Source: Candidatus Desulfopertinax cowenii | Lineage (GTDB): Bacteria; Bacillota; Desulfotomaculia; Desulfotomaculales; Desulforudaceae | Assembly (NCBI GenBank): GCA_001899445.1 | Contig: MPOA01000001.1 | Location: 148,564-212,563 of the forward strand | DNA length: 64,000 nt | Direction: 5' to 3' | Shown: positions 47,066 to 55,089 of the stretch, in pieces | Numbering within the stretch: the first letter of the stretch is position 1 | Layout of the letters: each line of letters begins with the position of its first letter | Notes under the pieces: model-generated | Told to the model about the DNA's origin: nothing | What the model saw: only the letters and a program-made list of their open reading frames with translations | Databases searched by the model: none | Translations under genes and position numbers: made by a program

Positions 47066-48262
47066 CTATCCCTGCACGGTGGCCGGCGTGGTCGCGGGCT
47101 TCTCCGCGGTCTCCACGTCGGACACACCCTCTAGCACCCGGAAGTTTTCCACGAAGAACAGGATGACCAACAGCGCGCCGAAGATCAGGCCGAAGAAACC
47201 CACCCACTCCATCCAGGTCGGGAAGTAGGTCTGCGTGTAGGCCGGTGCCATCCCGGTGAAGATCACGTTCGTCCGGTTCAGGATCACGCCCACACCGGTC
47301 AGGATCGAAGCGGTAACGATCCCGCCGACCGAGTTCCGGATGGACGGGATAAGGAACATCACCAGCGGCACAAGCAGGAATACCACGTGCTCCAGCAGGA
47401 ACATGTTGCCCTGCAGGGTACCGTTGAAGACGTAATCCCAGGCACCGCGCGCCGTCAGGTCCCAAACCTTGAGCGCCACGTAAAACACCATCAGGGCAGC
47501 GCCCACCAGACACAGGCTGGCCAGCGACGGCATCAGGTCACTGAAGTTCTTGCCGTAGATCCGGCATAGCGCCCAGCAGGAGAAAGTCACCACCGCCGGA
47601 CCGACCATCAGCGAGGAGATCATGAAGAACCACGGAATCCACAGCGACCACCAGGCCGGGTACAAGTGGGTGGTGGCGATAAACAGCCCGCCCAGCGAAG
47701 CCTGGTGTAGGGTCGGGAGCATGATCCCGAAGCAGATCAGCACCGGCATCGCCTTATCCAGTGCCTTATAGATTAACGGCGCGTCGATCCGCTCAAAGGC
47801 GATGTGCCCGAACTCCAGGATCTGAATGGTCCAGTACAGGGTCATACACCAGAGCACTTCAAACAGGATCGAGGTGTAACCCCAGTAGACGAACGGACGC
47901 CAGAAGTTGTAGTACACGGTAATATCGAATAACAGTCCGACCATCGCAATGCTGTAACCCAAAAGCGAGACAACCATGGCTACCCGGACCACCGGGTAAA
48001 AACGCTTAATGTGCAGCACGTGCGCCAGAAACACGGTCCCATAACCACAGCCGGCGATCGCGACCGCCGGGAACACCAGATACTTCCATAGACCCCACGT
48101 CCACTGGTCGTTCAGGTTGGTCACCGGTCCCAGGCCGAAGGCGAACCGGTATCCGGCCACCGCCAGGAACAAGACCATAAAGGCCAGCATAGCCCAGCGC
48201 AGCGGGGTCAGCCGGAATCCGAATCTGGAAGTGTACCTCTCGTCGTACGCCACTTTTCGCAC
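47066..48262 (-). CDS. NrfD/HybB-like integral membrane subunit (quinone-interacting)
   Basis: A 398-aa protein with about 10 TM segments of the NrfD/PsrC family type, immediately downstream of the HybA-like ferredoxin. Confidence 0.8.
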   Translation of the reverse strand: MRKVAYDERYTSRFGFRLTPLRWAMLAFMVLFLAVAGYRFAFGLGPVTNLNDQWTWGLWKYLVFPAVAIAGCGYGTVFLAHVLHIKRFYPVVRVAMVVSLLGYSIAMVGLLFDITVYYNFWRPFVYWGYTSILFEVLWCMTLYWTIQILEFGHIAFERIDAPLIYKALDKAMPVLICFGIMLPTLHQASLGGLFIATTHLYPAWWSLWIPWFFMISSLMVGPAVVTFSCWALCRIYGKNFSDLMPSLASLCLVGAALMVFYVALKVWDLTARGAWDYVFNGTLQGNMFLLEHVVFLLVPLVMFLIPSIRNSVGGIVTASILTGVGVILNRTNVIFTGMAPAYTQTYFPTWMEWVGFFGLIFGALLVILFFVENFRVLEGVSDVETAEKPATTPATVQG

Positions 48263-48291
48263 CCTCCTCTTTCCTTAATTATCCGCGCTGG

Positions 48292-49128
48292 TTAGTGACC
48301 GTCCTCATCGCCGCTGCGCTTCTTGGTATACACGTAAAGCGCCGCAAAGGCAACCGGCAGGCTCACCGCCAGGAACGGCGCCTTGGACATGTACTTCCAA
48401 GTATACTTGGGAATACTCTTGTCAATGATGTCCTCACTGAAACCGAGTTCCTCGAAAGGCACGCTCGAGATATACAAAACAGAAGTGCCGCCGACTTCTT
48501 TCTCCCCGAAGATGTGATCCACGTACTGGTCCGGATTCTTGTTGATCCGGTCCCGGGCCTTTGCCAACAATCCGCCGCGCTTGCCGAACTCCAGGGCCTT
48601 GGTCGGGCAGGCCGCCACACAAGCCGGCTGCTGCCCCTCTTTTACCCGCTCGTAACACATGGGGCACTTGCTTATCCGGGAGAATACCTCTTCCCACTCA
48701 ACCTGGATCGTAAGGAACGGGCAGGCCAGTTGGCAGTACCGGCAGCCAACACAGATCCCCGGATCCATATACACCACCGGGCCTTCCGGCGTCTTCCGGT
48801 AGGCGTGCACGAAACAGGCCTCGAAGCAGATCGGCTCCACGCAGTGCATACAGGCCCGGCGCACGTGCCGCCACTTCGTTTCGCCGTCCTTGCCTTCAGC
48901 AAGGTAGGCATTCATCACCAGGTAGTCGTAGGGGGTCAGGTGCGGCGTATTCCAATTCCCGGCCTCCCCGCGCGGCCGATGCGGCTGGTTCAGGGGCACG
49001 TAAGGCAGGTTGTGCGCCTGCTTGCAGGCCATCTGGCACGCCCGGCAGCCGATACACCGGTTCACATCGAACAGTATTCCGAACAACTCACTGGGATCTC
49101 GCTTGGCGGTCCGTTCAAGTAATTCCAT
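48292..49128 (-). CDS. 4Fe-4S ferredoxin-type electron-transfer subunit (HybA-like) with C-terminal TM anchor
   Basis: Has several CxxCxxCxxxC(P) motifs (CIGCRACQMAC, CMHCVEPIC, CVGCRYCQLACP, CPMC...CVAACP) and a hydrophobic C-terminal helix. Confidence 0.85.
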   Translation of the reverse strand: MELLERTAKRDPSELFGILFDVNRCIGCRACQMACKQAHNLPYVPLNQPHRPRGEAGNWNTPHLTPYDYLVMNAYLAEGKDGETKWRHVRRACMHCVEPICFEACFVHAYRKTPEGPVVYMDPGICVGCRYCQLACPFLTIQVEWEEVFSRISKCPMCYERVKEGQQPACVAACPTKALEFGKRGGLLAKARDRINKNPDQYVDHIFGEKEVGGTSVLYISSVPFEELGFSEDIIDKSIPKYTWKYMSKAPFLAVSLPVAFAALYVYTKKRSGDEDGH

Positions 49129-49211
49129 TCGCCTAGCACCTCCTTGGTATCACCAAACTCACGTCTTACGCAAGACCACTCCGACACTCTCGACCCAGCT
49201 GGAACAGAGTG

Positions 49212-50660
49212 TCAGGAAATCACAAAGTCAGCAATGCGGGAACCACGGCGGACCTCGATCACGTGTACGGCGCAGGCGATGCACGGGTCGAAAGCCCGCA
49301 CGATCCGCACCAGTTCGATCGGGTTGTCCGGGTCGGCCACCTGGACACCGATCAGCGCCTCTTCCAGCGGACCCCTGACTCCCTTGTCGTCCCGCGGGCC
49401 GATGTTCCAGGTGCTGGGCACCACGGCCTGGTAGTTCTTGATTACGTGGTCCTCAATTTCGATCCAGTGCCCCAGGGCACCACGCGGCGCCTCGGTCAGT
49501 CCGAATCCCCGAGCTTGACGCGGCACGTCGTAGGCTTCAAAGGCCGGTTCGCCGGGAACCAGTTCCTGGAGCCAGTCCAGCATGGCGTGGGCGGTCACCG
49601 TCGTTTCCACGGCCCGAGCAAAGTGCCGGCCCATCACCGAAAAGGCCTTGTCCCCAAGCCCGGTCACCTGTGGGTTCTTGCCGACCCACATCCTAGCCAG
49701 CGCCCCGACCTCGCAGGGATGATCCTGGTACCTGGGCGCCTTGATCCAGGAGTAAGCGCCGCGCTTGTCCACCTCGGGTACGGTTTCGCCCTCGAAGGGG
49801 TGCTTCCCGGTGCCCGACTTATACCACGAATAGGTCACGTGCTCCTTGATCTGGTCGGCGTCCACCGGCACGTACCGGCCGTCGACGTAAGCCCCCCGGG
49901 TGAAAAACTGGTTCGCTCCGTTGGGATCTTTTTGGTCAGTTAACGGATAAGCACCGTAAGACAACAGGTTCTTGCAGCCGGTCCCGATCTCGAACCAATC
50001 CTCGTAAGCGCCGGCCACCGCTAAAACGTCGGGCACGTACACGTTGTCGATGAAGGAGATCAACTCGCGGAGCTTACTCTCGTAGGCTTTGATCAGTTCC
50101 TCCGTGACCTCGGTGGTCACCCCGCCCGGCAGGAACACCGTGGTGTGCGGTAACCGGCCGCCGAATACGGCCCCCATTTCGTGTGCCTTGCGCCGCATTC
50201 CCAGCGCTTGAATGTAGTGTTCTACGACCACCGCCGTCACGTCCGGCGGGAGACGGTAATCGCCCTCGTACCGCGGTACAAACGGCGCGGTTTCGGGTCC
50301 TTTGACGTAGTCCAGGGCGGCCAAGTGGTAAAAGTGCAGAATGTGAGACTGGATCAGGTTCGCGCCTTGGATCAGGTTTCTGATGATCCGGGCGTTTCTT
50401 GGCGGCGTAATCCCGAAAGCATCTTCCAAGCATAGCACCGAACTGATGCCGTGGGAGATCGGTCAGACACCGCAGATGCGCTGCGTGATATGTTGCGCAT
50501 CGCGCGGGTCGCGCCCCTTCAGGATAATCTCCAGACCGCGGAACAATGCCCCGGTGGTTTTTGCATCGCGCACCCGGTTCCCATCCAGCTCAACCTTCAC
50601 CTTGAGGTGGCCCTCGATCCTGGTTACCGGATCGACGATTATGGTACGTGCGCTACTCAC
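49212..50660 (-). CDS. [NiFe]-hydrogenase large subunit with one in-frame UGA (50463-50465) at the second Cys of the N-terminal RxCGxC motif; candidate selenoprotein (alternatively a pseudogene)
   Basis: Two ORFs in the same frame are separated by one TGA. Read through, the sequence is ...[22 protein letters not shown]..., which is collinear with RxCGVCxxxH. The C-terminal DPCIACAVH plus a cleavable extension are present. GGAGGTGAGGAG precedes the GTG start at 50660. Confidence 0.75.
50418..50450 (-). promoter_or_regulatory. Candidate bacterial SECIS-like hairpin downstream of the UGA
   Basis: On the minus strand, GGCAUC-(21 nt with internal UUC/GAA and GC/GC pairs)-GAUGCU begins 12 nt after the UGA. 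The apical loop lies about 30 nt from the UGA. Confidence 0.35.
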
Positions 50661-50678
50661 AACTCCTCACCTCCGCGA

Positions 50679-51629
50679 TTATCCTTTGTTTCCGGTCACC
50701 GGCATACCGCCGTAAAGCGGCGAGCAGCCGTCCGGGAAGGTCGCCTCCGAGCAGGCCTGGCACGGCGCTCCGGCCGCGATACACCAGTTGGTGTTGTTGT
50801 TCCAACCCCGCTTGGGACAATCCGACATGGCAATAAAACCTTTGCAGCCCAGGTACTGCAGGCAACCCTCGTCGCCGATCCGCTTGGCAAACCGGCCCGC
50901 CTCAAAGTCTGGGCGGCGCGGACAGTTGTCGTGAATGGGAATCTCGTAGAACATCTTGGGCCGCAGGTAACGATCTAGGGCGGGGATCTCATTATAGGTG
51001 AGCACATAAGTCAGGGTGCCCAGGAAGTGATCTGGATGCATCGGACAATTGGAAATGTTAATCACGTTGTGTGCTCGCCGCCAGGGCTGATCGTTCAGCA
51101 CCGCATCCACGCCCAACACCCCGGTCGGGTTCGGGGCGGCGCCGGGGATACCGCCATATGCCGCGCAGGAACCAGCGGCGATAACCGCCTTCGCCCGCTT
51201 GCCGAGACTCAGGAGCGCCTCGTGCATGGTGAGCTCCTTGTGGCCGATCTCACCGATGAAGCAGTACTTACCCTTGTCGTTCACAGGAATACCGCCTTCG
51301 ACCACCAGGAAGAACTCACCGGCGAACCGGTCGGCGACCTCTTCCAGGGTGTGCATTCCGAGGTGTCCGGAGGCGGCCATTATATTGGGATGATAGCGCA
51401 GGCTGATTACGTCCAGGAGCACCTTTTCAATGGATGGATCCACGGTGTTCAAGAGCGAAACCGAGCACCCGGTGCAGCTTGCGCCCTGAATCCACAGCAC
51501 GGGGACCTTATCCTCGACGGCTTTGGCCAGCGCGTGGGTAATCTGGGGTCCCAGCAATGACATCAGGCTTAAGCCCGCGGCGGACATCCCACACAACTTT
51601 ACGAATTCCCGCCGGGTAAGCTTGCGCAC
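50679..51629 (-). CDS. [NiFe]-hydrogenase small subunit with Tat signal peptide
   Basis: Has the twin-arginine signal MRKLTRREFVKLCGMSAAG and the proximal-cluster motifs (CTGCSVS, GSCA..GG). The GTG start has GGGAGGGAG upstream. Confidence 0.92.
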   Translation of the reverse strand: MRKLTRREFVKLCGMSAAGLSLMSLLGPQITHALAKAVEDKVPVLWIQGASCTGCSVSLLNTVDPSIEKVLLDVISLRYHPNIMAASGHLGMHTLEEVADRFAGEFFLVVEGGIPVNDKGKYCFIGEIGHKELTMHEALLSLGKRAKAVIAAGSCAAYGGIPGAAPNPTGVLGVDAVLNDQPWRRAHNVINISNCPMHPDHFLGTLTYVLTYNEIPALDRYLRPKMFYEIPIHDNCPRRPDFEAGRFAKRIGDEGCLQYLGCKGFIAMSDCPKRGWNNNTNWCIAAGAPCQACSEATFPDGCSPLYGGMPVTGNKG

Positions 51630-51751
51630 CTAAACTCCCTCCCTACACTCTAAGATTTTCCGAACCATAACGGAGACAACTAACAGAGATCAAGCCGCAG
51701 AATCGGGAAAAGTGCCGCTTTCACACGGCGCCCACTCCGGGCGCCGGAGCC

Positions 51752-51854
51752 CAACCCCCGGATCCGCAACCAAGGGACTGCCCCGCCGCCAAGACCCTCC
51801 ACCGCGCACCGTAAATTGGCAGGGGAAATCCTTTAGTTGCGGATCGGGGGGTTG
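51752..51854 (-). promoter_or_regulatory. 19-bp inverted repeat (18/19 complementary) forming a long stem-loop in the hydrogenase operon leader
   Basis: CAACCCCCGGATCCGCAAC (51752-51770) pairs with GTTGCGGATCGGGGGGTTG (51836-51854), enclosing a 65-nt loop. Confidence 0.6.
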
Positions 51855-51947
51855 AGCGTTAGCCAAAGTCCCTTTTCTCACCTCCTCTATTGTGACTAAT
51901 GGGACAAGATCATAATAAATTTTATGATGGGGAGTTAATTTAATATT

Positions 51948-51976
51948 ATTTATCATGATAGCATAAGGCCTGTCAA
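51948..51976 (-). promoter_or_regulatory. Sigma-A-type promoter candidate for the hydrogenase operon
   Basis: On the minus strand, TTGACA (51971-51976) is followed by a 17-bp spacer and ATAAAT (51948-51953). This would give a leader of about 310 nt. Confidence 0.5.
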
Positions 51977-52158
51977 CATAGTAGGGCTCTTCTAAAATAA
52001 CTTCGTAAAATATATTTAGATGATTTAGATGATCTTTCCTAGAAACAAAGGTAAATGTAAGCCGGTCAGCAAAGCAGTAGCCTTGATAATAAAGTTGTAT
52101 TGACAGAAGACAAATGGCAACCTCCGAACTGTTTGAAGTTTAAGGTAAAGAGAGAAAA

Positions 52159-52647
52159 TCAGGGCAAGCAAAGTCTTTTTTTTGCCTCCTCAAAGGCCAG
52201 TTCAACGGCTTCTTCCGGGGTGCCGGCCGCCAGTATCCCGGCTTCCAGGCCCCTGCCAGAAATCAACCGCCAGGTATCCAGACCGACAACCGGCTTTTCC
52301 ATTTTTAGCGCCAAACCGATCTCCGAAAGAGTGCCGTAGCCGCCGTCGATCGCAATCAGGACGTCGCAGGCGCAGGCGATCACCGCGTTACGGGCGTCCC
52401 CCAGGCCGGTGGCCAGGGCCACTGACAGGTACGGGCTGCCTTGCCGCCGATCTCTGCCGGGTAACACGCCCACCACCAGTCCACCTTCCCGCCGGGCACC
52501 GCGGGCCGCACCCTCCATTACGCCCCCCCGGCCCCCGCAGACTAAAATCCCGCCGCGCCGGGCGATTTCCATCCCGACCTCCTCGGCCCGTTTCTCCACC
52601 GTCGCAGAGCACGAAGCCGCGCCAATCACCCCGATGTAAAACACGCT
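52159..52647 (-). CDS. TIGR00725/LOG-family (Rossmann-fold nucleotide-binding) protein
   Basis: Contains the VCGGRGGVMEGAARGA and GGYGTLSE motifs. The start is set at the internal Met (MSVFYIGVIGA...). Confidence 0.7.
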   Translation of the reverse strand, partial: SVFYIGVIGAASCSATVEKRAEEVGMEIARRGGILVCGGRGGVMEGAARGARREGGLVVGVLPGRDRRQGSPYLSVALATGLGDARNAVIACACDVLIAIDGGYGTLSEIGLALKMEKPVVGLDTWRLISGRGLEAGILAAGTPEEAVELAFEEAKKRLCLP

Positions 52648-52714
52648 CATACCCCTCTTCGGAACCATAATCCCGGCACCTTACCGCCGGGCCGTCCAGT
52701 AGCGGGCCGCTCAT

Positions 52715-52738
52715 TGAAAAAAGACCGGGGACCCGGTC
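52715..52738 (-). terminator. Rho-independent terminator after rex
   Basis: On the minus strand, AGACCGG-gtcc-CCGGTCT is followed by TTTTTTCAAT. Confidence 0.75.
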
Positions 52739-52748
52739 TTTGGTCAAT

Positions 52749-53393
52749 TTACAGCGCCGAATGCAGCTCCTTAAACACCAGATTAAAGGTCAGGATCTCC
52801 AGCTTCACCGCCAGGTCCACGTTCCGAACCACCACGTCGTTCGGAACTTCAACTACCACCGGACCGAAAGTAAGTAACGCCCGAATCCCGCACTCGACCA
52901 GCTGATTGGCGGTATCCTGTACCGCACTCAATGGAACGGCGATCACCCCAATCTTCACGTCGAACTCGCGAATCACCTCGGGCAGCCGCTCCAACGACAG
53001 AACCTCCAAATCCTGAACCCGCTTACCGATTTTGGTCAGGTCGTTGTCAAAGATCCCCACGATGTTGAAGCCGCGGTCCTTGAAGCCCCGGTAAGTACAA
53101 AGGGCCGTCCCCAGATTGCCAGCCCCGACCAATACCATCGGCCACGCCCGGGTAAGCCCCAGGATTTTCAAAATATAATGAATCAAATCCTTGACGTTGT
53201 ACCCGACCCCGCGCGTGCCAAACTCGCCGAAATAAGCCAGATCCTTGCGCACCTGCGCCGGACTGACGCCCACGCCCTTTGCGATTTCGCTGGACGAAAC
53301 CGTGTTGATCCCCCGACGTTCCAACCGCTCCAAAAAACGGGAGTAAATCGACAGGCGGGTGACCGTAGCCTCCGGAATCCTTAAAGCTTTCAT
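52749..53393 (-). CDS. rex: Redox-sensing transcriptional repressor Rex
   Basis: Has the N-terminal [16 protein letters not shown] and [16 protein letters not shown] motifs plus the Rossmann motif GAGNLG. Confidence 0.92.
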   Translation of the reverse strand: MKALRIPEATVTRLSIYSRFLERLERRGINTVSSSEIAKGVGVSPAQVRKDLAYFGEFGTRGVGYNVKDLIHYILKILGLTRAWPMVLVGAGNLGTALCTYRGFKDRGFNIVGIFDNDLTKIGKRVQDLEVLSLERLPEVIREFDVKIGVIAVPLSAVQDTANQLVECGIRALLTFGPVVVEVPNDVVVRNVDLAVKLEILTFNLVFKELHSAL

Positions 53394-53527
53394 CCCTTGA
53401 GCCCCCCCCTGTGTCACTGTTGGTTGTCAGTTGCCATGAATAATTCCGAAAAGTTAAACAACTTCATTTGAATCATTATACAGTGGCCTTTTGAAGGGGT
53501 CAATTATTTTTGTTAAAAATATCACTT

Positions 53528-54190
53528 TCATTTTTTATTTGCCGTGGCCGCCCTTAATTCCCGCACGGCCGCCGCCACGCTCGCGGCACCGAAAACGGCC
53601 GAACCGGCGACCAGAACGTTTGCCCCGGCCCCGACCGCCACGGCCACCGTCTCCGGACCGATGCCCCCGTCCACCTCCAGGTCCAGCGGAATCCCGCGCC
53701 GGTCCAACAGGCGCCGGAGACTTGCAATTTTTGGTACAACCTCCGCCAGAAACCGCTGCCCGCCGAAACCGGGGTTCACCGTCATCAATAACACCTGGTC
53801 CACCAGGGGTAGCACGTATTCAATGGCGCTTAAGGGTGTGGCCGGGTTTAAGGCCACTCCGGCCCGCATACCCTTTTCCCGGATCAGCCGTATAGTCCGG
53901 TCCAGGTGTCGGGTAGCCTCGGCGTGCACGGTTAGGATGTCAGCCCCCGCCTCGGCAAAGGAGATTACGAAACGCTCCGGGGCTTCGATCATCAGGTGCA
54001 CATCAAAGACCAGCGCGCTGCGAGGCCGCAGGGCTGCCACCACCGGCGGGCCCAGGGTAATGTTGGGTACAAAATGTCCATCCATCACGTCAATGTGCAG
54101 GTAATCGGCGCCGGCATTTTCCACTTTTTGGATTTCTTCCGCCAGCCGGGCGAAGTCGGCCGATAGAATGGACGGGGCGATCTTGATCAT
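53528..54190 (-). CDS. rpe: Ribulose-phosphate 3-epimerase
   Basis: Contains IAPSILSADFA, HIDVMDGHFVPN and VNPGFGGQ. Confidence 0.95.
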   Translation of the reverse strand: MIKIAPSILSADFARLAEEIQKVENAGADYLHIDVMDGHFVPNITLGPPVVAALRPRSALVFDVHLMIEAPERFVISFAEAGADILTVHAEATRHLDRTIRLIREKGMRAGVALNPATPLSAIEYVLPLVDQVLLMTVNPGFGGQRFLAEVVPKIASLRRLLDRRGIPLDLEVDGGIGPETVAVAVGAGANVLVAGSAVFGAASVAAAVRELRAATANKK

Positions 54191-55089
54191 GGTTTGCGCT
54201 TTTCCTCCCGAACCATAATTTCGCGTAAGAACCCCAAATAGTGCGCATAGCGCGAACGGGCCACCGCCCCGGCTGCTACGGCTTGTCTAACCCCGCAATC
54301 CGGCTCCTGGTAGTGCAGGCAGTCCGTAAATCGGCACGGACGGGCTTGGCGGCGCAACTCCGGGAATAAACCGGCCAACTCCTCACGGGTGATCCCGTCC
54401 AGGCTTAACGCGGAAAAACCGGGCGTATCGGCCACCCAGCCCCCCCCGTCCAGGGGCAGCAGTTCAACGTGCCGGGTGATGTGCCGTCCCCGCTTCAATT
54501 TCCGGCTGATCTCTCCGGTGCGCAGGGCCAGCCCGGGCTGAACCGCGTTGACCAGGCTGGATTTCCCCGCCCCGGACGGTCCGGCCAAAACCGTGACCCG
54601 CCCCAAAAGGGATTCCCGAAGTTCCGAAACGCCCAGCCCGGTTACCGCGCTGGTAATGTAGGTGGGATAACCGGCGTCCAGGTAAACCCGAAGCCAGGGA
54701 CTCTGAAGTTCGCCCGAATCGGCCAGGTCGGCTTTATTGACGCAAATAACCGCACTGATTCCAGCCGCCTCGCAGTGTACGAGAATCCGGTCCAACAGGT
54801 TGAGTGACGGGGCCGGATCCCGGAACGCGATCACCACCAGGACCCGGTTGGCGTTGGCGATCGGCGGACGGCGCAACTCGGAACGCCGCGGTCGAACCTC
54901 CTCGATCACGCCCCGGCCGCCGGACAAAGCCCGCAACACGACCCGATCGCCGACCACCACCCTCCCCCTGGTCTTCAATCGGCCCCGGATGGTACACTGC
55001 CGGATTGTTCCCTCGTGGTAGACGAAAAAATAGCCGCCGTAGGCCTTTACAACCAACCCCTCGGGCATCCGGTAACCGCCCCTATTCAA
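54187..55089 (-). CDS. rsgA: Ribosome small-subunit-dependent GTPase A
   Basis: Has an OB-fold N-terminus, a circularly permuted GTPase (NKADL...GPSGAGKSSL) and a C-terminal Zn-finger (CRFTDCLHYQEPDC). The start may be the Met at 55068. Confidence 0.92.
   Translation of the reverse strand: MNRGGYRMPEGLVVKAYGGYFFVYHEGTIRQCTIRGRLKTRGRVVVGDRVVLRALSGGRGVIEEVRPRRSELRRPPIANANRVLVVIAFRDPAPSLNLLDRILVHCEAAGISAVICVNKADLADSGELQSPWLRVYLDAGYPTYITSAVTGLGVSELRESLLGRVTVLAGPSGAGKSSLVNAVQPGLALRTGEISRKLKRGRHITRHVELLPLDGGGWVADTPGFSALSLDGITREELAGLFPELRRQARPCRFTDCLHYQEPDCGVRQAVAAGAVARSRYAHYLGFLREIMVREEKRKP

Noticed and set aside
46773-47513. A 246-aa ORF on the minus strand that overlaps the end of the NrfD-like gene and runs through its terminator.
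   Set aside because: It is out of frame with the real membrane-protein gene, spans a strong terminator hairpin, and has a low-complexity translation.
49212-50660. Interpreting the two hydrogenase large-subunit ORFs as two separate genes, that is, a naturally split subunit.
   Set aside because: The break falls inside the CxxC metal-binding motif. The downstream piece has no RBS and only an in-frame GTG 8 codons after the stop. No split of this kind is known to me. Sec recoding or a nonsense mutation are the realistic alternatives.
51690-51956. An 88-aa ORF (minus strand) inside the hydrogenase leader.
   Set aside because: It has no RBS, its start sits inside the predicted -10 region, and its composition changes from AT-rich to GC-rich along its length like non-coding leader DNA. 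It is better explained as part of the structured 5' UTR.
53509-53526. TTGTTAAAAATATCACTT upstream of rex as a Clostridial-type Rex operator (TTGTTAA-N4-TTAACAA).
   Set aside because: Only one half-site matches, and the other half matches at about 3 of 7 positions. This is too weak to call.
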